A model generated the notes under the pieces. The model had not been told where the DNA came from. It searched no databases and saw only the letters and a list, made by a program, of their open reading frames with translations. Both the position numbers and the translations under genes were made by a program. DNA of 63,585 nt, filler included. It is 8 parts of 8 records of this genome, joined end to end, with 100 filler letters (N's around TTAATTAATTAA, not from the genome) between each part and the next. Parts side by side here need not be neighbours in the genome. Positions count along the whole stretch, not along the records: positions 1 to 12,978 come from SRR31147125_39488; positions 13,079 to 24,009 come from SRR31147125_39543; 6 more parts are not named here. One strand, written 5' to 3'. Shown piece by piece: positions 10,479 through 19,928 of the stretch; within the stretch, counting starts at the first letter, position 1; each line of letters opens with the position of its first letter.

Positions 10479-11489
10479 ATGCAAGACGTACTCGTACAAG
10501 AACAGGAACTAAGATCGCTGGTTGAGAAGAAACTGACGGGTGCGGGGCTGAACCAGTCCGACGCGCAGACGGTGGCGGACGTACTCGTCCACGCTGACCT
10601 GCGCGGCGTGCGCTCGCACGGCGTCATCCGCACCGAACATTATGTTAAACGATTGAACGCCGGCAGTCTCAACAAGAACCCGGTACTGAGCTTCAAGAGG
10701 GTCCGCCCCGGTTCCGGGATGCTGGATGCCGACGACGGGATGGGGCACCCCGCCTGCCTGGAGGCGATGGACCAGGCCTGCAAGCTCGCGAAGGAATCCG
10801 GGATCGCAATGGTCGGCGTCTACAACGGCAGCCACTGCGGCGCTCTCTCCTATTTCATGATGCACGCCGTATCGAAAAACATGATCGGTCTCGGCGTCAC
10901 CCACACCGACAAGTGCGTTGCCCCGTTCGGCGGCTCCAAGGCATTCTTCGGGACCAACCCGATCGCGTTCGGCTTCCCGACAAAGGATCACGATCCGGTC
11001 ATCCTCGACATGGCCACATCGAACACCGCCTTCGGCAAGATCCTGCACGCCCGCGAGACCGGTTCTTCGATACCCGAGGACTGGGGCATCGACGAGAACG
11101 GCAAGCCGACCACTGACCCGGACAAGGTCGTCGCGATGACGCCGTTCGGTGCCCACAAGGGATACGGAATAGCGATGGTCATCGACGTACTGACCGGGGT
11201 ACTGATGGGCGCCGAATACGGCCCCCACATCACCGCGATGTATGGCGACTACGAGAAACCGCGCAAGCTGGCGTCCACGTTTATCGCGATCGACCCCAAC
11301 ACCTATGCGGGTCTTGACCTGTTCCGGGACAAAATGGCCGCGATGGTAAACGACCTCCATGCCGAGACGCCCGCCCCCGGCTTCGAAAAAGTCATGGTTC
11401 CCGGTGAGATCGAGTGGCAGAACGAACGCACCAACCGTAAACAGGGTGTTCCGGTAGTCGACTCAATCTACGAATACTTAAAAAGCTGA
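10479..11489 (+). CDS. Ldh_2 family oxidoreductase (ureidoglycolate dehydrogenase AllD / YjmC-like)
   Basis: ADLRGVRSHG, HCGALSY, GTNPIAFGFP, LDMATS and HKGYG motifs; ATG at 10479 behind AAGGAG. Confidence 0.88.
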   Translation: MQDVLVQEQELRSLVEKKLTGAGLNQSDAQTVADVLVHADLRGVRSHGVIRTEHYVKRLNAGSLNKNPVLSFKRVRPGSGMLDADDGMGHPACLEAMDQACKLAKESGIAMVGVYNGSHCGALSYFMMHAVSKNMIGLGVTHTDKCVAPFGGSKAFFGTNPIAFGFPTKDHDPVILDMATSNTAFGKILHARETGSSIPEDWGIDENGKPTTDPDKVVAMTPFGAHKGYGIAMVIDVLTGVLMGAEYGPHITAMYGDYEKPRKLASTFIAIDPNTYAGLDLFRDKMAAMVNDLHAETPAPGFEKVMVPGEIEWQNERTNRKQGVPVVDSIYEYLKS

Positions 11490-11500
11490 GAGGAACCGCC

Positions 11501-12316
11501 ATGAGCTATGTAGAGCAGATGTTCGGCCTCGACGGCAAAACGGCCGTCGTGTCCGGCGGCGCCGGCGTGATCGGTACGGTCATGTCCGAAGCGCTGCTGA
11601 AGGCAGGCGCCAACGTGATGATCTGGAGCCGTTCGAAGGAGTCAGTGGACGCGGCGCTGGAGATCATGAAGGCCGCCGGTGGCACGGACGACACGGTGGC
11701 CGGCATGCAGGTCGATGCCGGCAGCGAAAAGGAGGTCGAACAGGCGCTGCGGGGGACCGTGTCGAGCTTCCACACTCCGGATATCCTGATCAACGGCGTC
11801 GGCGGCAATATCGGCAAATACCCGCTGATCGAACAGGATATGGAGTTGTTCGAGAAAGTGCTGCATATGAACCTGGTCGCCGGCCTGATGGTACCGACCA
11901 AGGTCTTCGGGAAATACTGGATCGACAACGCGATCAAGGGCTCGATCATCAACCTCACGTCGATGGCCAGCTACAACCCGCTATCCGGCGTGTGGGCCTA
12001 CGATGCGGCCAAATCAGCGACGCTCAACCTGACCATGGCCTCCGCCAACGAGTTCGCCGAACACGGCATCCGGGTCAACGCAATCGCACCGGGTTTCTTC
12101 CTGGGCAAGCAGAACCGGGCGCTGCTGGTTGACCAGGAGACCGGAGAATACACCGAGCGCGGTAAAGCGGTCATCGCCCATACGCCGTACGGCAGGTTCG
12201 GTAATGTGAAGGAGTTGGCCGGCGCGACCGTTTTCCTGGCCAGCGACAGCGCGGCCGGATTCATCACCGGCGTCTCGATTCCGGTGGATGGGGGGTATTT
12301 GATCCACAATATTTGA
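11501..12316 (+). CDS. SDR oxidoreductase, D-mannonate oxidoreductase (SDR-type UxuB)-like
   Basis: SGGAGVIG, INGVGGN, YDAAK catalytic motif, NAIAPGFFLGKQNRALL, HTPYGRFG. Confidence 0.85.
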   Translation: MSYVEQMFGLDGKTAVVSGGAGVIGTVMSEALLKAGANVMIWSRSKESVDAALEIMKAAGGTDDTVAGMQVDAGSEKEVEQALRGTVSSFHTPDILINGVGGNIGKYPLIEQDMELFEKVLHMNLVAGLMVPTKVFGKYWIDNAIKGSIINLTSMASYNPLSGVWAYDAAKSATLNLTMASANEFAEHGIRVNAIAPGFFLGKQNRALLVDQETGEYTERGKAVIAHTPYGRFGNVKELAGATVFLASDSAAGFITGVSIPVDGGYLIHNI

Positions 12317-12334
12317 GCTGGCGACTCATTAATC

Positions 12335-12567
12335 GGGGACAGAACTCGGCGGCGGTGGCGGGCTGTTTCATGCTGCATCGTGAAGGCCCGCCGGACCGCT
12401 GAAAATAGTTTGCTGCGGGCCGAAGGCCTGGGCCGCTTTGCGGCCGTATCCCGCAGCAATTTTTAGCGGGGAGGAGATAAGGACAAGCGCAGCAGCATGA
12501 AACAGCCCGCCACCGCCTTCCCCGGAATTCGCTGATAGGAACAACGTGGGAACCGGGAACAGTCCCC
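12335..12567. repeat. Long palindromic intergenic element between convergent genes
   Basis: Perfect 26-bp IR at 12351-12376 / 12492-12517, inner IR TTGCTGCGGG/CCCGCAGCAA, outer GGGGAC...GTCCCC ends. Confidence 0.8.
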
Positions 12568-12576
12568 TCACCTCAC

Positions 12577-12978
12577 TTACAGTGAGTACCCCCGCTTCCA
12601 CGGGATGAAGTCTTCCTGGCCCAGGCGCACCGCCTTTGCCTTGTAGCGGCCGCTGGCTGTCTCCACGCACATCTTTTCAAGTTCCTCGGCCATCGCATCC
12701 AGGCTCTTCTCTCCGGTGACCACCGGACCGGTGTTAAGGTCTATCATGTATTCAAGGCGCCGGGCCATGTCCGTGTTCGACGACAGCTTCAAGACCGGGA
12801 CGACCGGATTGCCGGTCGGCGTACCGAGGCCGGTGGAGAAGATGATCAGGTTCGCACCCGCGCCGGCCAGCGCGGTGGTGGATTCGACGTCGCCGCCGGG
12901 CGTGCAGAGCAGGTTCAGCCCCCGGTTCGTCACATGTTCACTGTAGTCGAGCACGTCTACTACCGGTGAGGTGCCTCC
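12577..12978 (-). CDS. uxaA: Altronate dehydratase family, C-terminal part (truncated by contig end)
   Basis: GLNLLCTPGGDVESTT, FSTGLGTPTGNPVVPV and DFIPWKRGYSL C-terminus. Confidence 0.88.
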   Translation of the reverse strand, partial: GGTSPVVDVLDYSEHVTNRGLNLLCTPGGDVESTTALAGAGANLIIFSTGLGTPTGNPVVPVLKLSSNTDMARRLEYMIDLNTGPVVTGEKSLDAMAEELEKMCVETASGRYKAKAVRLGQEDFIPWKRGYSL

Positions 12979-13078
12979 NNNNNNNNNNNNNNNNNNNNNN
13001 NNNNNNNNNNNNNNNNNNNNNNTTAATTAATTAANNNNNNNNNNNNNNNNNNNNNNNNNNNNNNNNNNNNNNNNNNNN
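12979..13078. other. Artificial contig spacer
   Basis: N44-TTAATTAATTAA-N44; the 12-mer has stops in all six frames. Confidence 0.97.
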
Positions 13079-13080
13079 GC

Positions 13081-13626
13081 CTGAAGATCGGTGGTGGCGG
13101 TGCTTACCTTGCATGGCTAGAAGGCACAGGCGCTACTCCAGTTCAGTCAAGTCTGAATGAAGGCTACACAAGCTTGCAGACAGGTGTTTATGACGCACTT
13201 ATCACTCCACTTGGCGCATCATACGGCATGAAACTCTACGAAGTTGCTCCATACATTATCCTTGTTGACTTCGGTGCAAAGATGGCTGGTGTTCTTACAA
13301 TGAACAACGACAAACTTGCTTCACTTCCAGAAGACCTCAGAGAAGTAGTTCTTAAAGCTGGTAAAAACTTCACAATCAAAGAAGCTAAGCTGACTAAAGA
13401 TAAGTATGCTGGTGATAAAGAAGGTCTTAAGAAAGAAGGCGCAACACTTATCCAGTTCTCAGACGAAGCTAAAGCAGAGTGGGTTGCAACTATTCCTAAC
13501 GTAGTTCAGAAGATGGTAGATGAATTCTCAGATTCAGATCACGATCAGAAAGAATACGTACTATACTACTGGGAACAGTTCAACAAGCAGGGTTACGAAC
13601 TTCCAGTTAAATGGGAACTAAAATAA
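13081..13626 (+). CDS. dctP: TRAP substrate-binding protein DctP, 5' truncated
   Basis: LKIGGG...EGYTSLQTGVYDA and KLYEVAPY; upstream of dctQ/dctM. Confidence 0.85.
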   Translation: MKIGGGGAYLAWLEGTGATPVQSSLNEGYTSLQTGVYDALITPLGASYGMKLYEVAPYIILVDFGAKMAGVLTMNNDKLASLPEDLREVVLKAGKNFTIKEAKLTKDKYAGDKEGLKKEGATLIQFSDEAKAEWVATIPNVVQKMVDEFSDSDHDQKEYVLYYWEQFNKQGYELPVKWELK

Positions 13627-13711
13627 TTAACTAAGTTTGAGCTTTTATGATACCACTCATGTAATTAACCCTATGTGGGTGGTATCAATCTATAAATTAT
13701 TAGGGGACGAT

Positions 13712-14296
13712 ATGAGTCTTTTTTACTCTATAAAAGCTTATTATGAAAAATTTCTCGCAATATGCAGTGCTATTGGAGCGATTTGGATTGTAGCTTTAAT
13801 GCTTGTGATTACCTATGATGTGCTTGGTCGAGTATTCTTCAACCATCCATTACAGGGAACACCTGAGATTGTTGCTAACTCTATTGTAGCGATTTCATTC
13901 TTACAGTTCTCATATGTTCTTGCTGTAGGCAAACATGTCAGAACAACTATTCTATATGACGCACTCGATGTAAAGAAGCAGGCTTTTCTTGATTTACTAC
14001 CTTTCATTGCTGGTGCTGTTATATTCTTCTTGCTTGTAGAGCCTTCATGGAAAGAACTGTATCGTTCTATTGAATTCGGTGAATTTGAAGGTGAAGGTGC
14101 TTTACGTGTTCCAACCTGGCCTACAAGACTTGTTATATTTATTGGTTACATTTCTATGTGTATCGAATTCTGCTTCCTTATTATCGATAGGGTACTCTTT
14201 CTTGCTGGTATGCATAAGAAATCAGATGCTCACTTTGAAGAGATTGCAGAAACAAAAGGAACTATCGGCGAAGAAGAGGAGGTATATAAAAAATGA
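13712..14296 (+). CDS. dctQ: TRAP small permease DctQ
   Basis: DVLGRVFFNHPLQGTPEI, HVRTT and PTWP motifs; ATG at 13712 behind AGGGG. Confidence 0.88.
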   Translation: MSLFYSIKAYYEKFLAICSAIGAIWIVALMLVITYDVLGRVFFNHPLQGTPEIVANSIVAISFLQFSYVLAVGKHVRTTILYDALDVKKQAFLDLLPFIAGAVIFFLLVEPSWKELYRSIEFGEFEGEGALRVPTWPTRLVIFIGYISMCIEFCFLIIDRVLFLAGMHKKSDAHFEEIAETKGTIGEEEEVYKK

Positions 14297-15618
14297 GTAT
14301 CTTAGCATTGACGATCATAACCCTCTCTATTCTCCTAGTTATGATTGCAGTAGGTTTTCACCTTGGTCTGGCGCTTATCACCAGTGGTGTTATTGGAGTA
14401 TACATGGCAATGGGCAGTCTGGACATTGCATTAAAAATTATGACAGGTACAGCATTCAGTGCCTTACGTGACTATATCTTCGGTGTTACCCCGCTCTTTA
14501 TTCTAATGGGGCTGCTGGCGAACCTGTCGGGATCCAGCTCCGAGTTATACAGTTCCACCCACCAGACACTCCGCAGACTAAAAGGTTCACTCGGCTACGC
14601 TACAGTTATCGCCAATGCTATCTTTGCTGCCATGACTGGTGTAAGTATCGCTTCTGCCGCAGTATTTACAAAAATCGCAGTTCCACAGATGCGCAAACAC
14701 GGTTACGATAAAAAATTCACAGTTGGTACAGTTGCCGGTTCATCAATCCTCGGTATGCTTATTCCACCAAGTGTATTGATGATTATCTACGGTACAGTTT
14801 CAGGCTCTTCAGTTGGTAAACTCTTTATCGGTGGTGTTATTCCGGGTCTTATCCTCACAGCCATCTTCATCGGTGTTATCAAGTTCATGATCACTATCAA
14901 ACCCGGTCTTGTTCCGGAAGTTGAAGACCAGGAAAAACTAAGTTTCAAAGAACGCATGACAATTATCGCCAAACCCTGGCCAATGATCTGTCTGATTATG
15001 ATATCCCTTGGTGGTATCTGGATGGGATTCTTTACTCCTACAGAAGCTGGTGGTATTGCTGCTTTCGGTGCTCTCCTACTCGTTATCATCAAAAGAAGAT
15101 TTACAATCAACGGTTTCTGGGGCGTACTCCTCAATGCTGGTGTAAGTACAGGTAGTGTTATGTTCCTGCTCATCTCAGCCCAGATGTACTCCAGAGCTCT
15201 AGCAACATGCGGTGCAATCAACCTGATCGAATCACTTATTCTTTCAATTGATCTACCACCAATCCTTATTGTAGTAATGTTCGAAATCATCTTTATCGCA
15301 CTTGGCTGCGTACTTGATTCAACTTCAATTGTCCTACTCTGCATGCCGATCATGTGTCCTATTGTTACCTCTTTCGGTTACGACTTGACTTGGTTCGGTA
15401 TTGTTTCAATCGTTGCAATCCAGATTGGTATCATCACTCCTCCATTCGGACTAAGTGTGTTTACCATCAAATCAGCACTCGGTGATGTCGGCAGTGATGA
15501 AGGCAATGACATAACCATTCAGGATATATTCTCAGGGGCATTCCCATATATCTTCGGCATGGTTGCCCTACTGATCATTGTTATCATCTTCCCATCAACA
15601 GTTACAGCTCTGCTCTAA
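14293..15618 (+). CDS. dctM: TRAP large permease DctM
   Basis: PLFILMG, GMLIPPS, FTPTEAG and ITPPFG motifs; multiple TM segments. Confidence 0.93.
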   Translation: MSILALTIITLSILLVMIAVGFHLGLALITSGVIGVYMAMGSLDIALKIMTGTAFSALRDYIFGVTPLFILMGLLANLSGSSSELYSSTHQTLRRLKGSLGYATVIANAIFAAMTGVSIASAAVFTKIAVPQMRKHGYDKKFTVGTVAGSSILGMLIPPSVLMIIYGTVSGSSVGKLFIGGVIPGLILTAIFIGVIKFMITIKPGLVPEVEDQEKLSFKERMTIIAKPWPMICLIMISLGGIWMGFFTPTEAGGIAAFGALLLVIIKRRFTINGFWGVLLNAGVSTGSVMFLLISAQMYSRALATCGAINLIESLILSIDLPPILIVVMFEIIFIALGCVLDSTSIVLLCMPIMCPIVTSFGYDLTWFGIVSIVAIQIGIITPPFGLSVFTIKSALGDVGSDEGNDITIQDIFSGAFPYIFGMVALLIIVIIFPSTVTALL

Positions 15619-15805
15619 CACTATAGCAACCAAACAAATAATAATAGATACCGGCCTGTGCAGTTATTGAACATTTAATAGCTGTACAGACACCTTAAAA
15701 AAGAAAATCAGAGAGTTGGCAGCGTATATTGCTGACTCTACAGGGTGTCTACACCCATATACACAGAACTCGAAGTAGAACATTTTACAGAAGAGAGAGA
15801 AAATA

Positions 15806-17074
15806 ATGTCTGAATTCACCGTCACCAGTCAAGAGAGAGAATACCTGCGCAGCCTTGCCCAGATGCAGAAAGAATACTCAGAGCGACCAATCATGGCTGA
15901 GAGAACCAAACTCTGGTATGATCATAATGAACTACGCTCAGAAGTCCCTGTCGTAGTAATGGAGACCAAGTACTGCCAGCAGGATATGATCGACCTGGAA
16001 TGCACCTCCCCTTTCGCCAGAGAACTGGAAGAAGGCATTAAACGCTTCCTTACCCGCTACGAACAGGTCAACGATGACACTGTTGTTCCAGACTTCTACG
16101 AAATCAACTGGGATATAGAGATAACCGAACTTGGCTTTGACATGTCAGAACAGCGTGCTGAAGATGACGACGGCAACAGCATCGGTTACGAGACAATCCA
16201 CCACCTTGAAGATCTTGAAGAGGATTTTGACAAGATCGGCGAGACAGAACGCAAAGTTGACAAGTCACGTACTCTCCGCAAGAAGGACGCTATCGAAGAA
16301 ATATTCGGCGATATCCTCCCGGTTTCAATCCGCAACCAGCCACAGCTCAACTGGTACACCTCACCATCAAAGAAAGCAGTATACCTCATGGGAACAGAGA
16401 GCATGATGCTCGCTCCATATGACTGCCCTGATGAATTCAAGGAATTCTACCGTCTGATGACCAAGAGCGCCCTTGACACCTATGACTGGCTGATCGAGAA
16501 CGACCTCCTCTGCCTCAACAACGGCAACGACTACGCCGGCTCAGGAACATACGGCTTCACCAACGAACTTCCTACTCAAGAATGTAAAGAGACAGGCAAG
16601 ATCACCACTAAAGACCTCTGGGTAAATCTCAACTCACAGGAGACGGTGTCTGTATCCAATGAAATGTACGGGGAATACTACTACCCATACTATAAAGAAC
16701 TCGCTGAAAAATTCGGCAAGGTATACTACGGCTGCTGCGAACCTATCAACCCTATCTGGGATGAATATATCAGCAAACTGCCAAACCTCGCCAAGGTATC
16801 TGTCTCACCATGGGCTGATCAGGCATTTATGCAGGAACGTCTGCAGGGAACAGATATTATCTATTCACGCAAACCAAGTCCTAACCTGCTCGCTATCAAA
16901 GACATGTTCGACGAAGATAGCTTCCGTGAACATGCTGAAGACAGCGTCAAACTGGCCAGAGGCTGCCACTGCGAAATTGTCTGCCGTGATGTCTACGCTC
17001 TCTATGGAGACCGCAAGAAACTCGGCAGGGCTGTAGAAATAATCAGAGAATCAATTGACAAATACTGGAGATAA
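15806..17074 (+). CDS. Uncharacterised conserved protein, probable URO-D/MtaA-like TIM-barrel fold
   Basis: 422 aa; SQETVSVS..MYGEYYYPY, YGCCEP and KVSVSPW resemble the C-terminal URO-D-type barrel; fold call is inference. Confidence 0.6.
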   Translation: MSEFTVTSQEREYLRSLAQMQKEYSERPIMAERTKLWYDHNELRSEVPVVVMETKYCQQDMIDLECTSPFARELEEGIKRFLTRYEQVNDDTVVPDFYEINWDIEITELGFDMSEQRAEDDDGNSIGYETIHHLEDLEEDFDKIGETERKVDKSRTLRKKDAIEEIFGDILPVSIRNQPQLNWYTSPSKKAVYLMGTESMMLAPYDCPDEFKEFYRLMTKSALDTYDWLIENDLLCLNNGNDYAGSGTYGFTNELPTQECKETGKITTKDLWVNLNSQETVSVSNEMYGEYYYPYYKELAEKFGKVYYGCCEPINPIWDEYISKLPNLAKVSVSPWADQAFMQERLQGTDIIYSRKPSPNLLAIKDMFDEDSFREHAEDSVKLARGCHCEIVCRDVYALYGDRKKLGRAVEIIRESIDKYWR

Positions 17075-17079
17075 GAGAA

Positions 17080-18222
17080 ATGAATTCTATTGAACGTGTA
17101 ATGACTGCTGTTGACCACAAAGAACCAGATCGTGTACCGATTGATTTCGGCGGACACCTGATCACCGGTATCCATGTCGATGCTTATAAAGATCTCCTGC
17201 AGCACCTCGGCATGACCGATGCAGAAATTGAAATAGAAAGGTTCCGCCAGCGTACAGCAGTTATTGACGAAAGAATTCTCAGTAAATACCAGGTAGATTT
17301 CCGCCAGCTGGTTCCGCCACGCCCTGAACTCAAGTGGTTTGAAGAAGGCGAACGTGACGGCTATTTTGACGAACACGGTATCAAATGGACCCGTCCAGTT
17401 GCAGATGGTCTCTACTACGAACTCTCAGCCCCACGCTTTGATGACATGCCAGAAGACGACGAAGATCTGGAAGAACTTATATTTCCGGATTACTCAAACC
17501 CAGAGCGAATCGCCGGACTCCCTGAGCGCTGTAAAGAGATTACCGCACAGGATAAAGTAGCAGTTCTCGACCTCCCGCTCGGTCTAGAAATATTCGATGT
17601 CGGTTTCAATATGATCGGCGCAGAAAACTTCTATATGCTCCTCAGCGCAGAGCCGGAGCTTGCCTGTTATATGATGGACAAACAGATGGAGATACAGATT
17701 GACTGGTGGACACAGGCAATCAAGGCTATGCCTGATCTCAAATTCGTCCGTATCGGTGACGACCTCGGCTCACAGACAAGCATGCTTATCAGCCCCGAGA
17801 TGTACCGTAAGCTTGTACTGCCACGCCACCAGAAACTCTTCGCAGCAATCAAAGCCGCCAGAAGTGATGTGAAAATAATTATGCATTGTGACGGTGCGAT
17901 TAAAGAAATACTCCCTGACTTTATTGACGCTGGTATAGACTGCTTTAACCCTATTCAGTATACAGTCAAGGATATCGACCCAGCAACCCTCAAGAAGGAA
18001 TTTGGCAATGACCTCGTATTCTGGGGTGGCGGCGTTGACACCCAGTCAATCCTGCCAAACTCAACACCACAGCAGGTAAAGGATGAAGTTAAAAAACAGA
18101 TCGACATTCTCGCACCGGGAGGCGGCTTCATCTTCAGTCAGGTTCATATTATCCAGAAGGGTGTACCGGCTGAGAATATTGTAGCCATGCTCGAAGCAGC
18201 AATTGAATTTGGCGGTTACTAA
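17080..18222 (+). CDS. Uroporphyrinogen decarboxylase / methylcobamide methyltransferase (MtaA/CmuA) superfamily protein
   Basis: HKEPDRVPIDFG, GDDLGSQ, HCDG, NPIQ, FWGGGVDTQ and GGGFIF..H.IQ motifs. Confidence 0.85.
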   Translation: MNSIERVMTAVDHKEPDRVPIDFGGHLITGIHVDAYKDLLQHLGMTDAEIEIERFRQRTAVIDERILSKYQVDFRQLVPPRPELKWFEEGERDGYFDEHGIKWTRPVADGLYYELSAPRFDDMPEDDEDLEELIFPDYSNPERIAGLPERCKEITAQDKVAVLDLPLGLEIFDVGFNMIGAENFYMLLSAEPELACYMMDKQMEIQIDWWTQAIKAMPDLKFVRIGDDLGSQTSMLISPEMYRKLVLPRHQKLFAAIKAARSDVKIIMHCDGAIKEILPDFIDAGIDCFNPIQYTVKDIDPATLKKEFGNDLVFWGGGVDTQSILPNSTPQQVKDEVKKQIDILAPGGGFIFSQVHIIQKGVPAENIVAMLEAAIEFGGY

Positions 18223-18276
18223 AAGATTAAAGTTATTACTATTCATTCATATTACAATTTAAGAAGGAGATTCACC

Positions 18277-18927
18277 ATGGCTTTACCACTACTACAGGTT
18301 GCACTAGACCACACCGACCTACCATCAGCTCTTGTTGCTGCAGAAAAACTCCGTGGCGAAGTTGACGTTGTAGAAGTCGGCACAATCCTCTGCTACGCAG
18401 AAGGTGCCAGAGCTGTCAAGACAGTCAGCTCACTCTACCCTGACAATATTGTTGTCGCAGACCTCAAAGCTGCAGATGCCGGCAGCACAGTTGCTGAACT
18501 GGTCTTCTCACGTGGCGCAACTTGGATGACCTGTATCTGCAGTGCTCCTATTGCCACCATGGAAGTAGCTCTTGAAGTTGCAAAAAAATACGGTGGTGAC
18601 ATTCAGGTCGAACTCTACGGCGACTGGACATTCGAACACGCTGAACAGTGGAAGTCAATCGGTATTACCCAGTGTATCTACCACCGCGGACGTGACGCTG
18701 CTGCTGCAGGTCAGTCATGGGGTGAGGACGACCTCAACAAACTCCGCAAGCTTGCAGACATGGGTATGGATATTTCTGCAACCGGTGGTCTGGCAGCCGA
18801 AGACCTCCACCTCTTCAAAGACCTCCCTATCAAGAGCTTCATCTCAGGTCGTGCCCTCTATGATGTCGAAGATCCTAAACAGGCTGCACGTAACTTCAAA
18901 GCTGCTATCAACGAATACTGGGGATAA
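18277..18927 (+). CDS. ulaD: 3-keto-L-gulonate-6-phosphate decarboxylase
   Basis: PLLQVALD, EVGTILC, ADLKAADAG, QVELYGDWT, YHRGRD and TGG motifs. Confidence 0.93.
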   Translation: MALPLLQVALDHTDLPSALVAAEKLRGEVDVVEVGTILCYAEGARAVKTVSSLYPDNIVVADLKAADAGSTVAELVFSRGATWMTCICSAPIATMEVALEVAKKYGGDIQVELYGDWTFEHAEQWKSIGITQCIYHRGRDAAAAGQSWGEDDLNKLRKLADMGMDISATGGLAAEDLHLFKDLPIKSFISGRALYDVEDPKQAARNFKAAINEYWG

Positions 18928-18932
18928 GTCCG

Positions 18933-19823
18933 ATGCTATTAGAAGAGATGAAACTAGGTATCTATGAAAAAGCACTCCCGGCAGGAACAAGCTGGGAGGA
19001 AAAACTGGCTATAGCTGAAAAACTCGGCTTCCAGTTTGTAGAGATGTCAGTAGATGAAAGTGATGAAAGACGGGCAAGACTCGACTGGACACAAGAAGAA
19101 CGCAACGATTTCCGTCGTGTAGTCGGCAACAGCCCTCTTACTGTTCCTTCAATGTGCTTCAGCGGTCACCGCAAATATACCCTCGGCAGCCACGATCCAG
19201 AGATCCGCAGAAAATCACGCGAGATGTTCAAGAAAGCGATCGACCTTGCAGTCGATCTAGGTGTACGTAATATCCAGCTTGCCGGCTATGATGTATACTA
19301 TGACGAAGAACCGGATTCAGAGACACACAACTGGTTTATCGAAGGCATCAGAGAAGGCGCTGCTTACGCAGCTAGAGAAAATGTTATGCTCTCAATGGAG
19401 ATTATGGACACACCGTACATGTGCTCTATCACCCGCTTTCTCAATCTCAAGAAGCAGGTAAACAGCCCATGGCTGACTGTATATCCTGACCTCGGCAACC
19501 TCACAGCCTGGGGAAATGATGTAGATCAGGAGTTACGCCTCGGGATTGAGGAGATCACAGCAATTCACCTCAAAGACACCAAAATGGTTACCAAGGATTT
19601 CCCAGGTCAGTTCCGTGACCTACCATTCGGCGATGGCTGTGTTGATTTTACTGCCGCTTTCAGTACCCTTACACAGATCAACTATACCGGTCCTTTCCTT
19701 GTTGAGATGTGGACAGAGAAAGCAGCCGATCCTGAAATGGAGATAACCAAAGCCCGTGACTGGCTGATAGCAAGAATGAAAGAAGGCGGATATATTTCAG
19801 AAACAGAAAAAGCCCTGTGGTAA
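18933..19823 (+). CDS. ulaE: L-ribulose-5-phosphate 3-epimerase (L-xylulose-5-P 3-epimerase)
   Basis: LGIYEKALP, EMSVDESDER, IQLAGYDVYY, EIMDT, HLKDT and EMW motifs. Confidence 0.95.
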   Translation: MLLEEMKLGIYEKALPAGTSWEEKLAIAEKLGFQFVEMSVDESDERRARLDWTQEERNDFRRVVGNSPLTVPSMCFSGHRKYTLGSHDPEIRRKSREMFKKAIDLAVDLGVRNIQLAGYDVYYDEEPDSETHNWFIEGIREGAAYAARENVMLSMEIMDTPYMCSITRFLNLKKQVNSPWLTVYPDLGNLTAWGNDVDQELRLGIEEITAIHLKDTKMVTKDFPGQFRDLPFGDGCVDFTAAFSTLTQINYTGPFLVEMWTEKAADPEMEITKARDWLIARMKEGGYISETEKALW

Positions 19824-19928
19824 TATCTGTTTATTTCCGTTACAATAATTTATTCATATGCCTGTAGATTTTGAACATTTATTATCAACAGGTATTATGA
19901 ATTCTACAGCATTATTCTGGAGTTGACA

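Noticed and set aside
13023..13034. Recurrent TTAATTAATTAA motif as a biological repeat
   Set aside because: It is always centred in N-runs of identical length, so it is an artificial all-frame-stop linker.
15650..15760. Cluster of hairpins between dctM and the YGCCEP gene as a riboswitch
   Set aside because: No recognisable aptamer consensus; more likely mRNA-stabilising or partial-termination stems.
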